From Sorangium cellulosum (GTDB lineage: Bacteria > Myxococcota_A > Polyangia > Polyangiales > Polyangiaceae): DNA of 40,090 nt. A program made the position numbers and the translations under genes. The notes under the pieces were generated by a model that was given only the letters and a program-made list of their open reading frames with translations, ran no database searches and was not told the origin of the DNA. Of this stretch, positions 7,529-16,749 are shown one piece after another. Positions within the stretch are counted from its first letter, which is position 1. Each line of letters opens with the position of its first letter. The stretch lies in assembly GCA_020720045.1 (NCBI GenBank), contig DYPH01000046.1:1-40090 (forward strand), in the 5' to 3' direction.

Positions 7529-9324
7529 CGTACCTCCGCGCCCCAGAGCGCCTGCGTGCGTAGCTCTTCCGGCCATCGAGAGCCGCGATTCCCGGGAATT
7601 TCGCGGTCGTCTTCACTCACGACGAAGTTGCCAACATCTCCGAACGCGCGCTCCTGATTTCGTCGCGGGCCGAGGCTACGAAGGGGGGCATTCCTTCCAG
7701 ACTGACGAACAAAGATCACATCGTGGGGCCCGGGTCTCAAATCAACAAGTGCCCCCTTCCGTGCCGGGTTCAATAGCTGTTCTTCGTTGCCAATCGGGTC
7801 AGCGACGGTCTTCGCCTTGAGCGTCCATACAAGGAGGGAGGTCGGGTCGCGGTCGCCATAAAGCCCGGAAAGCAGGTCCCGCTTCTTAAAGAAGGTCTTG
7901 CCGATGTCGTTCTGGTTGACCGGGCCTGCCATCAGGCAGATCCCGGCAAGGAGATCACATCCCTCGGGAATTTCCGTGCAGCCGGCGATCTCGACGACGA
8001 GAGCGCTACGCGCAGCCGCCGCCCCGAAGGCACGAACGGCGTGGGGGAAGCGCTTCCCTTCCCGCTCAACTTCGCGCCGCGAGAGACCGCCCAGATAGAT
8101 CCGCTGCCCGGCGAGCGCGAAGGCCTTCTTGCCGCGCTGGGTGTTTCGGGAGAGCGCCTTGCCGGTCGCAAAATCGGCCCACTTCGGCAAATGTTTTACG
8201 ATCAGGTCGGTGATCTCTTCCAATTCATGGCGGACGCCACGGAGGCGCTCTTTCCCACCGGGTGTGAGCACGTCCATCCGCTCAAGAAGGAGGAGGTCCT
8301 TCGTCCGCTCCCGCGGGATGTTCAGAAAGTGAGCGAACGCATTGTAGGCGGCGCGCCCCGCCATCACCGTCAGCTCTTCGGGGACGTCCATCGCCTGGCG
8401 ATGCTTGTAGGGCGCAGGCGCTTGCTCTTCGGCGTTCACTCCCGGTTGGATGCGCTCGGAGCGCAACGAGCAGAGCATCGCTCCGAGCTTCCGCGCGGAA
8501 CTCTTCTCGAGGGGGAAAGCCTCTTCCGGCTTCGCGTAGCCGACCTGAGCCACGATTGCGATCGTGTAGCCGGCACGCCGATCCTCGGCGCGGAGCCCAA
8601 CCAGCGCTTCGAAGGCGGCGAGCGCTTCCGGGTCGGTCGGGCGATCGAAGGGTTCGAGGAACACTTGAGCCCGGCGGCGCCCCTCGGAGGCGACGACCGA
8701 CGCCCGCTCCAGAGCGTCGGCCAGCACGCCGATGTGGAGCTCCGTAAGGTAGGAGATCGTCGGAATGTCTGGCGTATGAAAGACCGCCTTTCGCAGCGCG
8801 CGAAGGGGGACTGTCCAGAGGTCCTTTCCGGGCTGATGTCCAATAAAGGTGAGGAGCTTCGTGAATGGCGTTACGTAGGGGCGCGCCAAAATCACATGTG
8901 TGTACGCGGCCCCGTCAAGGACGGGAGCTTCGCGACGCCCCATCTTTTTCAGGAGTTCTGAGGCCTTCGCCGAATCTTCCGGCCCGAGCACGATGCTGCG
9001 GTGGCCGCGAAAATTCGTCGACTGGCGCGCCGCGAGAATCCCAAGTGTCGATTCCTCAAAGAGTTCTTCTTCGCGGAGCACCGGACCGGGAACAAAGCCG
9101 GTAGGGCGCGGAAGCGAGAGCATTTCCATCGCCCGTTCGGCCTCCGCGCGCGTCAGGCTCGGGCGCGTGCGGAAACCGATCGGTGAACTCGAATCGAGCG
9201 CTTCCGGCAGGTGGTAACGACCGCGTTTCTCGCCGGGGGCGGCAAACGTCGCCGGTCGATGGACGCGCTCGGCGTTCGGCGGCGGCTCGATCGGGACGAA
9301 GCGGAGGGCTTTGCTTTCGCTCAT
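7525..9324 (-). CDS. Conserved hypothetical protein, about 600 aa, with no recognisable catalytic motif
   Basis: ORF 7525..9435. Start taken at MSESKALRFVPIEPP (ATG 9324). The composition is protein-like (Lys/Glu/Phe/Tyr/Ile present), unlike the Arg/Gly-rich opposite-strand ORF 8041..8961. It is transcribed divergently from argS. Its stop overlaps the MaoC ATG. Confidence 0.7.
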   Translation of the reverse strand: MSESKALRFVPIEPPPNAERVHRPATFAAPGEKRGRYHLPEALDSSSPIGFRTRPSLTRAEAERAMEMLSLPRPTGFVPGPVLREEELFEESTLGILAARQSTNFRGHRSIVLGPEDSAKASELLKKMGRREAPVLDGAAYTHVILARPYVTPFTKLLTFIGHQPGKDLWTVPLRALRKAVFHTPDIPTISYLTELHIGVLADALERASVVASEGRRRAQVFLEPFDRPTDPEALAAFEALVGLRAEDRRAGYTIAIVAQVGYAKPEEAFPLEKSSARKLGAMLCSLRSERIQPGVNAEEQAPAPYKHRQAMDVPEELTVMAGRAAYNAFAHFLNIPRERTKDLLLLERMDVLTPGGKERLRGVRHELEEITDLIVKHLPKWADFATGKALSRNTQRGKKAFALAGQRIYLGGLSRREVEREGKRFPHAVRAFGAAAARSALVVEIAGCTEIPEGCDLLAGICLMAGPVNQNDIGKTFFKKRDLLSGLYGDRDPTSLLVWTLKAKTVADPIGNEEQLLNPARKGALVDLRPGPHDVIFVRQSGRNAPLRSLGPRRNQERAFGDVGNFVVSEDDREIPGNRGSRWPEELRTQALWGAEVR

Positions 9325-9433
9325 TGACGGGACTGATTGCCGGAAGCGAATCGCGGATACAAGCGTGCGTTTGTTGGGGGCCTTCGAACGACACCCCATG
9401 ACGGCTGCGGCAAAACGCGGTAACCGCGGGCCC

Positions 9434-11164
9434 ATGCGACTCGAACACGCCGTGGAAGCCCTTGGAAAGACCGCCCTTCACGAAGCGCTCGGCCTCGACG
9501 CCCCGGCGGTGGTCCGTCGCTCCCAAGACGAAAAACACGGCGACTACCAGCTGAATGGCGTCCTCCCGCTCGCGAAGAAGCTCGGGAAGAACCCGCGCGA
9601 GCTCGCTGCGCTCGTCGCCGAGAAGCTGCAGAATCCATCTATCTTTGCAAAGATCGAGGTCGCAGGCCCCGGCTTCATCAACCTGAAGCTCACCGACAGC
9701 TGGCTCGCCGAACAGCTCGCACTTCTTGCGAACGACGCGAACGACGGCATCGAGCAGGTCGCCGCCGAAACGATTGTCGTCGACTTTTCCGGCCCAAACA
9801 TCGCGAAGCAGATGCACGTCGGCCACTTGCGCTCGACGATTCTTGGCGACTCGCTCGTCAAGATTTTGCGTGCGCAGGGCCATAAGGTCTTGGGCGATAA
9901 CCACCTCGGTGACTGGGGGACACAATTCGGGCTCCTGATCGTCGGCATGCGAACCTTCGGGGACGCAGAAGCGATGAAGAAGGACCCGATCGTCGAGTTG
10001 GAGCGGGTCTACAAGCTCGCGAGCGAAGCGAAAAAGGACGAAGTTTTTGCAAATGAAGTGCGCGCCGAACTCGCAAAACTTCAGGCGGGGGATCCGGAAA
10101 ATAAGAAGCTCTGGGAGCAGTTCGTCGCGGTCACTCGCGAGAGCCTCGATGTCGTCTATGCTGACCTTGCTGTAACCTTTGATTATTGGCTCGGCGAGAG
10201 CGCGTACAACGACGCCCTCCCCGGCGTCGTCGCGACGGTCAAAGCGGCCGGCATCGCCCGCGAAGACAACGGCGCATTGTGTGTATTCTTCAAGGAGCTG
10301 GAAGATGCTCCGAAGGATCTCGCCGCCAATGAGCAGCCCTTCATCGTCCAGAAGAGTGACGGCGCTTTCAATTACGCAACGACCGATATCGCGACGGTGT
10401 TTCACCGGTCGACGGTGTTCCAGGCAGATCGGAGCATCTATGTCGTCGACAACCGGCAGTCGCTCCACTTCAAGCAGCTCTTTGAGGTCGCGAAGCGCCT
10501 CGGAGACCGGCAGAAGCTGACCCACGTCGGCTTCGGTTCGGTCCTCGGGCCAGATGGCAAGCCGCTGAAGACGCGGGACGCGAGCGGCAAGGTGATCACG
10601 CTTAAGAACCTCCTCGATGAGGCGACGGAAACGGCAAAGAAGCGCCTCGTCGAAGAGGAACTGGATCTCCCCGCGGACGAGCTCGATGCTGTTGCAAAAG
10701 CGGTCGGCATCGGTGCCGTCAAATACGCGGATTTGCGCCAAAATCGCCTCAGCGACTACACCTTCGACTGGGACAAGATGATTGCGTTCCGCGGCAACGC
10801 GGGCCCCTATCTTCAATACGCATTCGCGCGGACTCAATCGATCTTCCGCAAAGCGGAGGTCACTCCGGCGGAGGCCCTCAAAGCACCTTTCGTCCTCGCC
10901 GAGCCCTCCGAGCGTGCCCTCGCGCTGGCCCTTCTCGCCTACCCGGATGCGGTCGCCGGTGCCGCCGAACACCTCGAGCCCCATCGGATTTGCGATCACC
11001 TCTATGGGCTCGCCCGTGCGGTGGCGAGCTTCTACGAGGAGTGCCCAGTTTTGAAGAGCGAAGGGGCGACCCGCGCGTCGCGTCTCGCGCTGGTAGCGAC
11101 GGCAGGAAAGCAGCTGGAAGCGGGATTGAAGCTCCTGGGAATTACTCCTATCGCCCGGATGTAA
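9434..11164 (+). CDS. argS: Arginine--tRNA ligase
   Basis: ORF 9311..11164. Start taken at MRLEHAVEAL, which places the conserved HGDYQLNGVLPLAKKLG about 31 aa from the N-terminus as in ArgS. HVGH class I motif is present (QMHVGHLRS). The C-terminus is ...ITPIARM. The KMSKS-equivalent region is present. Confidence 0.95.
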   Translation: MRLEHAVEALGKTALHEALGLDAPAVVRRSQDEKHGDYQLNGVLPLAKKLGKNPRELAALVAEKLQNPSIFAKIEVAGPGFINLKLTDSWLAEQLALLANDANDGIEQVAAETIVVDFSGPNIAKQMHVGHLRSTILGDSLVKILRAQGHKVLGDNHLGDWGTQFGLLIVGMRTFGDAEAMKKDPIVELERVYKLASEAKKDEVFANEVRAELAKLQAGDPENKKLWEQFVAVTRESLDVVYADLAVTFDYWLGESAYNDALPGVVATVKAAGIAREDNGALCVFFKELEDAPKDLAANEQPFIVQKSDGAFNYATTDIATVFHRSTVFQADRSIYVVDNRQSLHFKQLFEVAKRLGDRQKLTHVGFGSVLGPDGKPLKTRDASGKVITLKNLLDEATETAKKRLVEEELDLPADELDAVAKAVGIGAVKYADLRQNRLSDYTFDWDKMIAFRGNAGPYLQYAFARTQSIFRKAEVTPAEALKAPFVLAEPSERALALALLAYPDAVAGAAEHLEPHRICDHLYGLARAVASFYEECPVLKSEGATRASRLALVATAGKQLEAGLKLLGITPIARM

Positions 11165-11224
11165 CTGTTCGCAGGCGGACGCCGGAGGTTCCGAGGCGTT
11201 TCAAGGTCGGGTAGCAGGCCGGCC

Positions 11225-11485
11225 ATGAAGAAAGCGTGGTCCGCCATCCTCATCCCTGCCCTCGCCCTCGTCCTCGCGGGCGTCGGCTCGCCGGTGCTAA
11301 CCGGCTGTTCCGACAAGGTTTGCACGACGGAAGAAGAGGCTGCCTGCACGACGACGTACACCACGTGCGTCAACACGGCGGCGGCGGCCGGCGATGCCGA
11401 AGGGGGCAAGAAGTGCGGCGACAGCTACTGCAGCTGCTTCGACGCGTGCGGTTCGACCTGCGACCGCTCGAAACTCGTCCTCTGA
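11225..11485 (+). CDS. Small cysteine-rich lipoprotein (86 aa, 10 Cys in the mature 60 aa)
   Basis: Signal peptide plus lipobox (VLTGC). Motifs CTTEEEAAC, C..C.C..C...C are present. Third codon positions are strongly G/C as in real genes here. No Shine-Dalgarno was seen. Confidence 0.55.
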   Translation: MKKAWSAILIPALALVLAGVGSPVLTGCSDKVCTTEEEAACTTTYTTCVNTAAAAGDAEGGKKCGDSYCSCFDACGSTCDRSKLVL

Positions 11486-11491
11486 AGCGCG

Positions 11492-11893
11492 CTACTCGGC
11501 GCGCTTGCCGGTGCGGAAGCTTCGAACATGGGAGATGAGCCCGTCGACCACCTCCGGCGTATCGCCAAGGTCGCTACTCGCGGGCATCGTTACGCTCTTG
11601 CCGACGGCGCCACCGCCGCCGAGGATCGCCTTGCGGAGCTCAGCGTCGGTGACGGCCGCTTGGAAGGCCTCGTCGGTAAAGTCTTGGGGCTTTGGCGTCA
11701 GGCCGGCGAGGCCCTTTCCGTCGCCACCGTGGCACCCGGCGCAGCGGTTGGCGTAAGCTTCTGCAGCATTTCCGCCAACTTTTGTAAGAGGTTGTGCGAT
11801 CCGCTTGGGGTCCTGGTCGCAGCCGAAGAGCACGGCGAGCCCGAGCGCAATTGGCCAACGTACCGACCGCCAGTTGCGTGTGCAGGCGAGCAT
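11492..11893 (-). CDS. Mono-haem c-type cytochrome (class I), lipoprotein, 133 aa
   Basis: C-terminal part of ORF 11492..13000. Start at MLACTRNW (ATG 11893). Lipobox LFGC is present. Haem site CAGCHGG is present, with distal Met (VTMPASS). Confidence 0.75.
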   Translation of the reverse strand: MLACTRNWRSVRWPIALGLAVLFGCDQDPKRIAQPLTKVGGNAAEAYANRCAGCHGGDGKGLAGLTPKPQDFTDEAFQAAVTDAELRKAILGGGGAVGKSVTMPASSDLGDTPEVVDGLISHVRSFRTGKRAE

Positions 11894-12017
11894 GGCCGTG
11901 GCCCCTAGCGCTGAAGTCCCGAGACGACAAATATCCTTTCGTCGGCACCCGCTTCGTGAGGTAACGTTGCACACTTCCGGCTTGCGCGCTTTTTTCGCGC
12001 CGGAAAGGGAGCCACCA

Positions 12018-14066
12018 ATGCGCCTAACGTCCCGCTTCTTCCCCCTTGTCCTCGCCCTCCCCTTCGCCGCTATGGTCGGCTGTTCTTCCAGCCCGTCGAC
12101 GGGGACCGATATTCCCGATGGCGCCACGAGCGACGACGCGTCGACCGCCGGCGACGGACCGGCGCTCGACGGTGGTGGCGCCCAGGATGGTGGCGCCCTG
12201 AAGGACGGCGCAACGACCGGCGACAGCGCGGTCACGGACGGGGCAACCGCCGCCGATGGGGGCGGTGACGGCGGGACCGTCGATGCGAACGTGCCGTGCG
12301 GCGAGGCGGCGGGTGCAAAATGCGCCGATGGTCGTACCTGCGCGAAAGATGCAGACTGCACCTCTGACTGGTGCAACGCCGGTAACGTCTGCGAAGCGGT
12401 TGGCCCGGCGGCCCACGTGGACGGCAGACAAAACGCGGGCGAGACCGGCATCGACTGCGGTGGAACGGCGCTCCCAAAGCTCTGCGTTGGCGGGCAGGCG
12501 TGCGTCGATGACGGCGACTGCGAGGGGAGCTGTGTGCAAAATACATGCACCCCTGGCACACGGACCGACGGGAAACTGACAGCGTCGCTCGGCGAAACCG
12601 ACATCGATTGTGGCGGCGCGCTTGCGGACGTGAACGAGGTCGCTGCGGCCGCCTGCATCGCTGGCCAGAAGTGCCTCGCGGCGACCGACTGCCGCTCCGG
12701 CGAATGCGATGCGAACGGCCTTTGCACCGGATTCCTGCCTGGCGTGAAGGACGGCGATGAGACCGACGTGGACTGCGGTGGCGCCCTCGTCAACCCGGAC
12801 ACCGGGGCGGTTGCCCCGCGCTGCGACGACCAGAAGTCGTGCGCCGACGACGGCGATTGTAAGAGTGCACTCTGCAATCTTCGCACGATGAAGTGCACAG
12901 CCGGTGTATCCTGCAAGAATCGCGCAAACGGCGGGGAAACCTGCGGCGTTGGTGAGGACGGCGCCGAAGATTGCTGCGAGTCGCTTCCGCTTCCGGGCAC
13001 GCCGAACGTGCGTCTCGACCGCTACGAAGTCACCGCCGGCCGCGTACGAGCGTTCGTGAATGCCGTCGGACCGAACATTCGGGCGTGGGTCGCGGCTCAG
13101 ATCGCGGCAGACCCCGACGGTAAGCTCGCAAAGCAGCTCCCCCCGCGCCTTCGTACGCTGCTCCCGGCAACGGCGAGCGGCGAACTTGGCGCCAACATCC
13201 AGCTCGGCGCCCTGACGATGGACACCGATCGCCCCTCCGAACAAGGCTCCCTTCAGGGCTGCTACATCGGGAGCGGCGCCTACGGCCATTCGACCTACGG
13301 CTTCGATACGGCGACCTACAAGTCCCTGTATGGAGCGGGTAATTTTAGCGCGCGCATCAGCCAAAACGAAACCGACAAGAAGTCGATGAACTGCGCGCCC
13401 TACTGGATGGCGGCCGCCTTCTGCGCTTGGGACGGTGGCTTCCTGCCGACCTATGAAGAATACATCCAAGTGTGGGCCCGGAAGCCGAACAACTCGCTGC
13501 AGACGTTCCCGTGGGGGGCTGACGCCGTGGGGAAGGTCTTCGACTACCTCAACGCCAAGGGGATCCAGGCGGGGAACGCACCAATCTACAACTTCCCCAT
13601 CTTTAACTGGGCGAATGACCAAGCGGGACTGATCGCATCGCCGGGCCGCTTCCCCGACGACGCGACGACGATCACGAGCGCTGACGGGCGTGCCTGGTAC
13701 GATATCGGCGCAAATATGATGGAATATACCGCGATTGAACTCGACTACGCCCGCTACGGCGTCGCCGGGTGGCCGGCGGCCGGCTTTGACGTCGATGCGG
13801 CCAACGCGCCGCGCGCGTTCTGCGACGTCACCGCAGCAACTCCCCCGGTGGGAAGCCCGGATCGCTGCGCGGTCGTCTCCGGAAATACGACAACTTACGG
13901 GAAGATCCGCGGAGCGGGCGCCGGGACGCCGGAAGATCCCTACGGCATGTACCGCACGCGTTGGATGGGCGGCTCCTGGGAAGTGCATGCACCGAGCACG
14001 CGATGGATCGCCACCCAGACCCAGTACGGCAAGGCTGGCTGGCGTTGTGCACGCCCCGCAAACTGA
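12018..14066 (+). CDS. Lipoprotein with four 6-Cys repeats and a C-terminal FGE-sulfatase (SUMF1)-like domain, 682 aa
   Basis: Within ORF 11805..14066. ATG 12018 is preceded by aaagggag. Signal peptide plus lipobox (AAMVGC). A Gly/Asp/Ala/Thr-rich linker follows. Four repeats of the form ETxIDCGG...C..GQ.C..D.DC.S..C..N..C are present. FGE-like motifs RYEVTAGRVRAFV, AAAFCAWDGGFLPTYEEY, GGSW...GWRCARP are present. Confidence 0.85.
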   Translation: MRLTSRFFPLVLALPFAAMVGCSSSPSTGTDIPDGATSDDASTAGDGPALDGGGAQDGGALKDGATTGDSAVTDGATAADGGGDGGTVDANVPCGEAAGAKCADGRTCAKDADCTSDWCNAGNVCEAVGPAAHVDGRQNAGETGIDCGGTALPKLCVGGQACVDDGDCEGSCVQNTCTPGTRTDGKLTASLGETDIDCGGALADVNEVAAAACIAGQKCLAATDCRSGECDANGLCTGFLPGVKDGDETDVDCGGALVNPDTGAVAPRCDDQKSCADDGDCKSALCNLRTMKCTAGVSCKNRANGGETCGVGEDGAEDCCESLPLPGTPNVRLDRYEVTAGRVRAFVNAVGPNIRAWVAAQIAADPDGKLAKQLPPRLRTLLPATASGELGANIQLGALTMDTDRPSEQGSLQGCYIGSGAYGHSTYGFDTATYKSLYGAGNFSARISQNETDKKSMNCAPYWMAAAFCAWDGGFLPTYEEYIQVWARKPNNSLQTFPWGADAVGKVFDYLNAKGIQAGNAPIYNFPIFNWANDQAGLIASPGRFPDDATTITSADGRAWYDIGANMMEYTAIELDYARYGVAGWPAAGFDVDAANAPRAFCDVTAATPPVGSPDRCAVVSGNTTTYGKIRGAGAGTPEDPYGMYRTRWMGGSWEVHAPSTRWIATQTQYGKAGWRCARPAN

Positions 14067-14082
14067 GTTAAATCAATACGTG

Positions 14083-14119
14083 AAATGCCCCGGCTCTCTT
14101 CGAGAGCCGGGGCATTTTC
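14083..14119. terminator. Bidirectional intrinsic terminator between the convergent FGE-lipoprotein gene and lon
   Basis: Perfect inverted repeat aaatgccccggctctc / gagagccggggcattt with a 3-nt loop, followed by a T-run (attttcgtt). It is A/T-flanked on both sides. Confidence 0.7.
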
Positions 14120-14129
14120 GTTGTGCCGT

Positions 14130-16529
14130 TCAACCGGAGAAGGCGACCGCCAAGGAATCCGCGCTCCCGACCACCGTCGGGAACGGCTCGAGGGCCGCAT
14201 CGAGGACCTCCTGCATGTCGCTCACGAAGACGAAGCGGAGTTCGTTCCGGACGTTTTCGGGGACGTCGTCGAGGTCGCGCTCACAGCGCTTCGGGAGAAT
14301 TACCGTCTTCATTCCAGCCCGATGGGCGGCGAGGACCTTGGCCTTGATCCCGCCGACGGGGAGCACCCGTCCACGAAGCGTGCATTCTCCCGTCATTGCG
14401 ACGTCGGCCCGCACGGCGCGCCCGGTGAAAAGGCTCGTAAGCGCGGTGAAAATCGTCACGCCGGCCGAGGGGCCATCTTTCGGGATCGCCCCCTGAGGGA
14501 CGTGGATGTGGACGTCTTGGCCGTCGAGGTTTGCTGCCTCGATGCCGAGGGCGGCCGCGTGGCTCCGCACGTAGGTGAACGCAGCGCGGGCCGATTCACG
14601 CATCACGTCACCAAGCTGACCGGTGATCTCGACGCCACCGCGCCCCGGCATGCGAGAGGTTTCGACGAAGAGGATGCTCCCGCCGACTGGCGTCCAGGCA
14701 AGGCCGGTCGCAACACCGGGGATAGCTACCGCTTCACGGACTTCGTCTTCGAAGCGACTCTTTCCGAGGCGGGCGCGGAGCGCCGCTTCGCCGATTTCGA
14801 CCGGCTCGGCGCCCGTCCCCGCGCGAGCAAGTGCCAGCGCAACCCCTCGAAGAAGCTTCCCAATCTCGCGATCAAGCTGGCGAACGCCCGCTTCGCGCGT
14901 GTAGTCGCGGACGAGCGTCGTCAGCGTCTCGTCGACGACGGTGACCTTCGCCAAATCGATCCCAAGCTCGGCGGCTCGCTTCGGGAGGAGGTGCTTACGT
15001 GCAATATGCACTTTCTCCGCGACCGTGTAGCCGGCGAGTTCGACGACCTCGAGCCGATCGCGCAAAGGGCCACTGAGATTTTCGATTTGATTTGCGGTGC
15101 AGACGAAGAGAACCTCGGAAAGATCGAAGGGGAGATCGAGATAATGATCTGTGAAAGTCCGGTTCTGTTCCGGATCGAGGACTTCGAGGAGCGCCGCCTC
15201 CGGGGAGCCCATCCATCCCTTTTCAAGCTTGTCGATTTCGTCGAGGAGGACGACCGGGTTTCTCACCTTCGCCTTGCGGAGGGCGCCGAGGATACGCCCG
15301 GGGAGCGCACCGACGTAAGTGCGCCGGTGGCCGCGAATATCAGCCTCGTCACGCACGCCGCCGAGGGCAACACGGACGAACGGGCGGCCGGTTGCATCGG
15401 CGATCGACTGACCGAGGCTCGTCTTGCCGACGCCGGGAGGACCGACGAGGCAAAGGAGGGGCGCACGCGTCGCCGTCGCGCCGCGGAGTTGGAGAACCGC
15501 CATGTGCTCAAGGATGCGTTTTTTGACATAATCGAGCCCTTCATGATCGGCATTCAAACGAGCTTCTATATCATTCAGTGTGGTGGTCTCTGCCCCATTT
15601 GCGCGGGCGTTCCACGGGAGCTCCGCGACGAATTCGAGCCAGGTGCGGAGGACGTTCGCTTCGGGGCCCTGCGCACCGTCGCGCAGCTTTCCGAGCTCGC
15701 GATCGACGGACGTTCGGACGTCGGCGGGGAGGTCGAGTTCGGCGAGGCGCGCCTCGAGTTTGTCGCCAGCGTCGCCTTCTCCGTCCCCGAGTTCTTTGCG
15801 AATCGCCTTGAGCTGTTCGCGGAGGACCGCCTCGCGCTGGTGCTTGCCGAGCTCCTTGCGGACGTCGCGATCGATCTTGGTGCGCACCTCCTCGCGGGCC
15901 TTTGCACTGAGAATTCGCTCGGTAAGGGAGCCGAGACGCCGCTTCAACGACCGCTCTTGGAGGATGGCTACCGCGGCGCCGAATTCCGCCTCGCTCCCGC
16001 CGCGGTCGCTTCCAGACACGCCGAAAAGGGCCGATGCAACGAGATCGGCGAGTTCGTCGGGGGCACCGACAACCGCGTCAACAGCATTGAGAATCGGCGC
16101 CGGAAGCGCGGGCATCGCTTGGATGGCGGCATGGAGCCGTTGGGCCTCTTCCACGCTCGCCGTCGGCGGCTCGCTATCTTCAAAGCTCACAAGCTCGGCC
16201 TGCCAGGCCCCATTGGATGCATTTTGCAAGGACCCGACCGCAACACGGCGGAGCCCTTCGAGGACGAGCGCGTAGTCGGTGTCGGAACGCCGCTTGACCT
16301 CACGGACCCGGGCGAGCGTTCCAACCGCGTGCATTTCCTCGACTCCCGGGTCCTCGGCTTGAGGGTCTTTCTGGACGAGAGCGACGACGAGATCGCCGGG
16401 AAAGATGCTGCGAACGAGGGAGAGCGAGCGGGGGCGACCGACGGCAAACGAAGCGGTCACCCCGGGGAACAGGACGGTCGCGCGGAGGGGCAGCGCGGGG
16501 ACGGCACGCGTAGGGATCGAAATCGACAT
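14130..16529 (-). CDS. lon: ATP-dependent Lon protease (LonN, AAA+ and S16 protease domains), 799 aa
   Basis: N-terminus LPLRATVLFPGV is typical of Lon. Walker A GPPGVGKTS is present. Catalytic DGPSAGVT Ser and KVLAAHRAGMKTVILP are present. GGAGAGGAG Shine-Dalgarno lies upstream of ATG 16529. Confidence 0.95.
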   Translation of the reverse strand: MSISIPTRAVPALPLRATVLFPGVTASFAVGRPRSLSLVRSIFPGDLVVALVQKDPQAEDPGVEEMHAVGTLARVREVKRRSDTDYALVLEGLRRVAVGSLQNASNGAWQAELVSFEDSEPPTASVEEAQRLHAAIQAMPALPAPILNAVDAVVGAPDELADLVASALFGVSGSDRGGSEAEFGAAVAILQERSLKRRLGSLTERILSAKAREEVRTKIDRDVRKELGKHQREAVLREQLKAIRKELGDGEGDAGDKLEARLAELDLPADVRTSVDRELGKLRDGAQGPEANVLRTWLEFVAELPWNARANGAETTTLNDIEARLNADHEGLDYVKKRILEHMAVLQLRGATATRAPLLCLVGPPGVGKTSLGQSIADATGRPFVRVALGGVRDEADIRGHRRTYVGALPGRILGALRKAKVRNPVVLLDEIDKLEKGWMGSPEAALLEVLDPEQNRTFTDHYLDLPFDLSEVLFVCTANQIENLSGPLRDRLEVVELAGYTVAEKVHIARKHLLPKRAAELGIDLAKVTVVDETLTTLVRDYTREAGVRQLDREIGKLLRGVALALARAGTGAEPVEIGEAALRARLGKSRFEDEVREAVAIPGVATGLAWTPVGGSILFVETSRMPGRGGVEITGQLGDVMRESARAAFTYVRSHAAALGIEAANLDGQDVHIHVPQGAIPKDGPSAGVTIFTALTSLFTGRAVRADVAMTGECTLRGRVLPVGGIKAKVLAAHRAGMKTVILPKRCERDLDDVPENVRNELRFVFVSDMQEVLDAALEPFPTVVGSADSLAVAFSG

Positions 16530-16749
16530 GCGAGGACTCCTCTCCGACGGGCCCCAGGCTCATCGGCAGCGATGGATCGCCCCCCCGCCGCTGCAGCCCG
16601 GGTTCCGGGCTTACGACCGCGCCGAGAAGCGGCACGGCGTGCGGGGCAAGCGTCCTCGCAACATCGGTCGGCCGCCTCAATCGTCAACCCCCGGACAATC
16701 GAGTTCGTCATGCGCCCGATCGTCGCGCCAGGATTGCTGACGAATTTAC

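Noticed and set aside
7531-7550. Apparent 5-C run that would break the MaoC reading frame when read by hand
   Set aside because: The supplied ORF track is consistent with a 4-C run. Hand indexing in this window can be off by one base, so I trusted the ORF track coordinates and flag the uncertainty.
8041-8961. 306-aa plus-strand ORF overlapping the 600-aa hypothetical gene
   Set aside because: It is Arg/Gly/Leu-rich, whereas the minus-strand frame has balanced composition. The minus-strand frame also has an ATGA junction with the downstream MaoC gene.
7525-9324. PHA synthase (PhaC) identity for the 600-aa protein, suggested by the adjacent MaoC/PhaJ-like hydratase
   Set aside because: No lipase-box GxCxGG or alpha/beta-hydrolase catalytic triad pattern is visible in the sequence.
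11486-11507. GC hairpin aagcgcgc-tactcg-gcgcgctt spanning the cytochrome c stop codon
   Set aside because: It could be a convergent terminator between the small Cys-rich gene and the cytochrome gene. It lacks any U-tract on either strand and overlaps coding sequence. It is noted but not called.
12024-13988. 654-aa ORF on the minus strand
   Set aside because: Arg/Ala/Gly/Pro-dominated composition. It sits entirely on the opposite strand of the well-supported FGE-domain lipoprotein gene, so it is a typical GC-rich shadow ORF.
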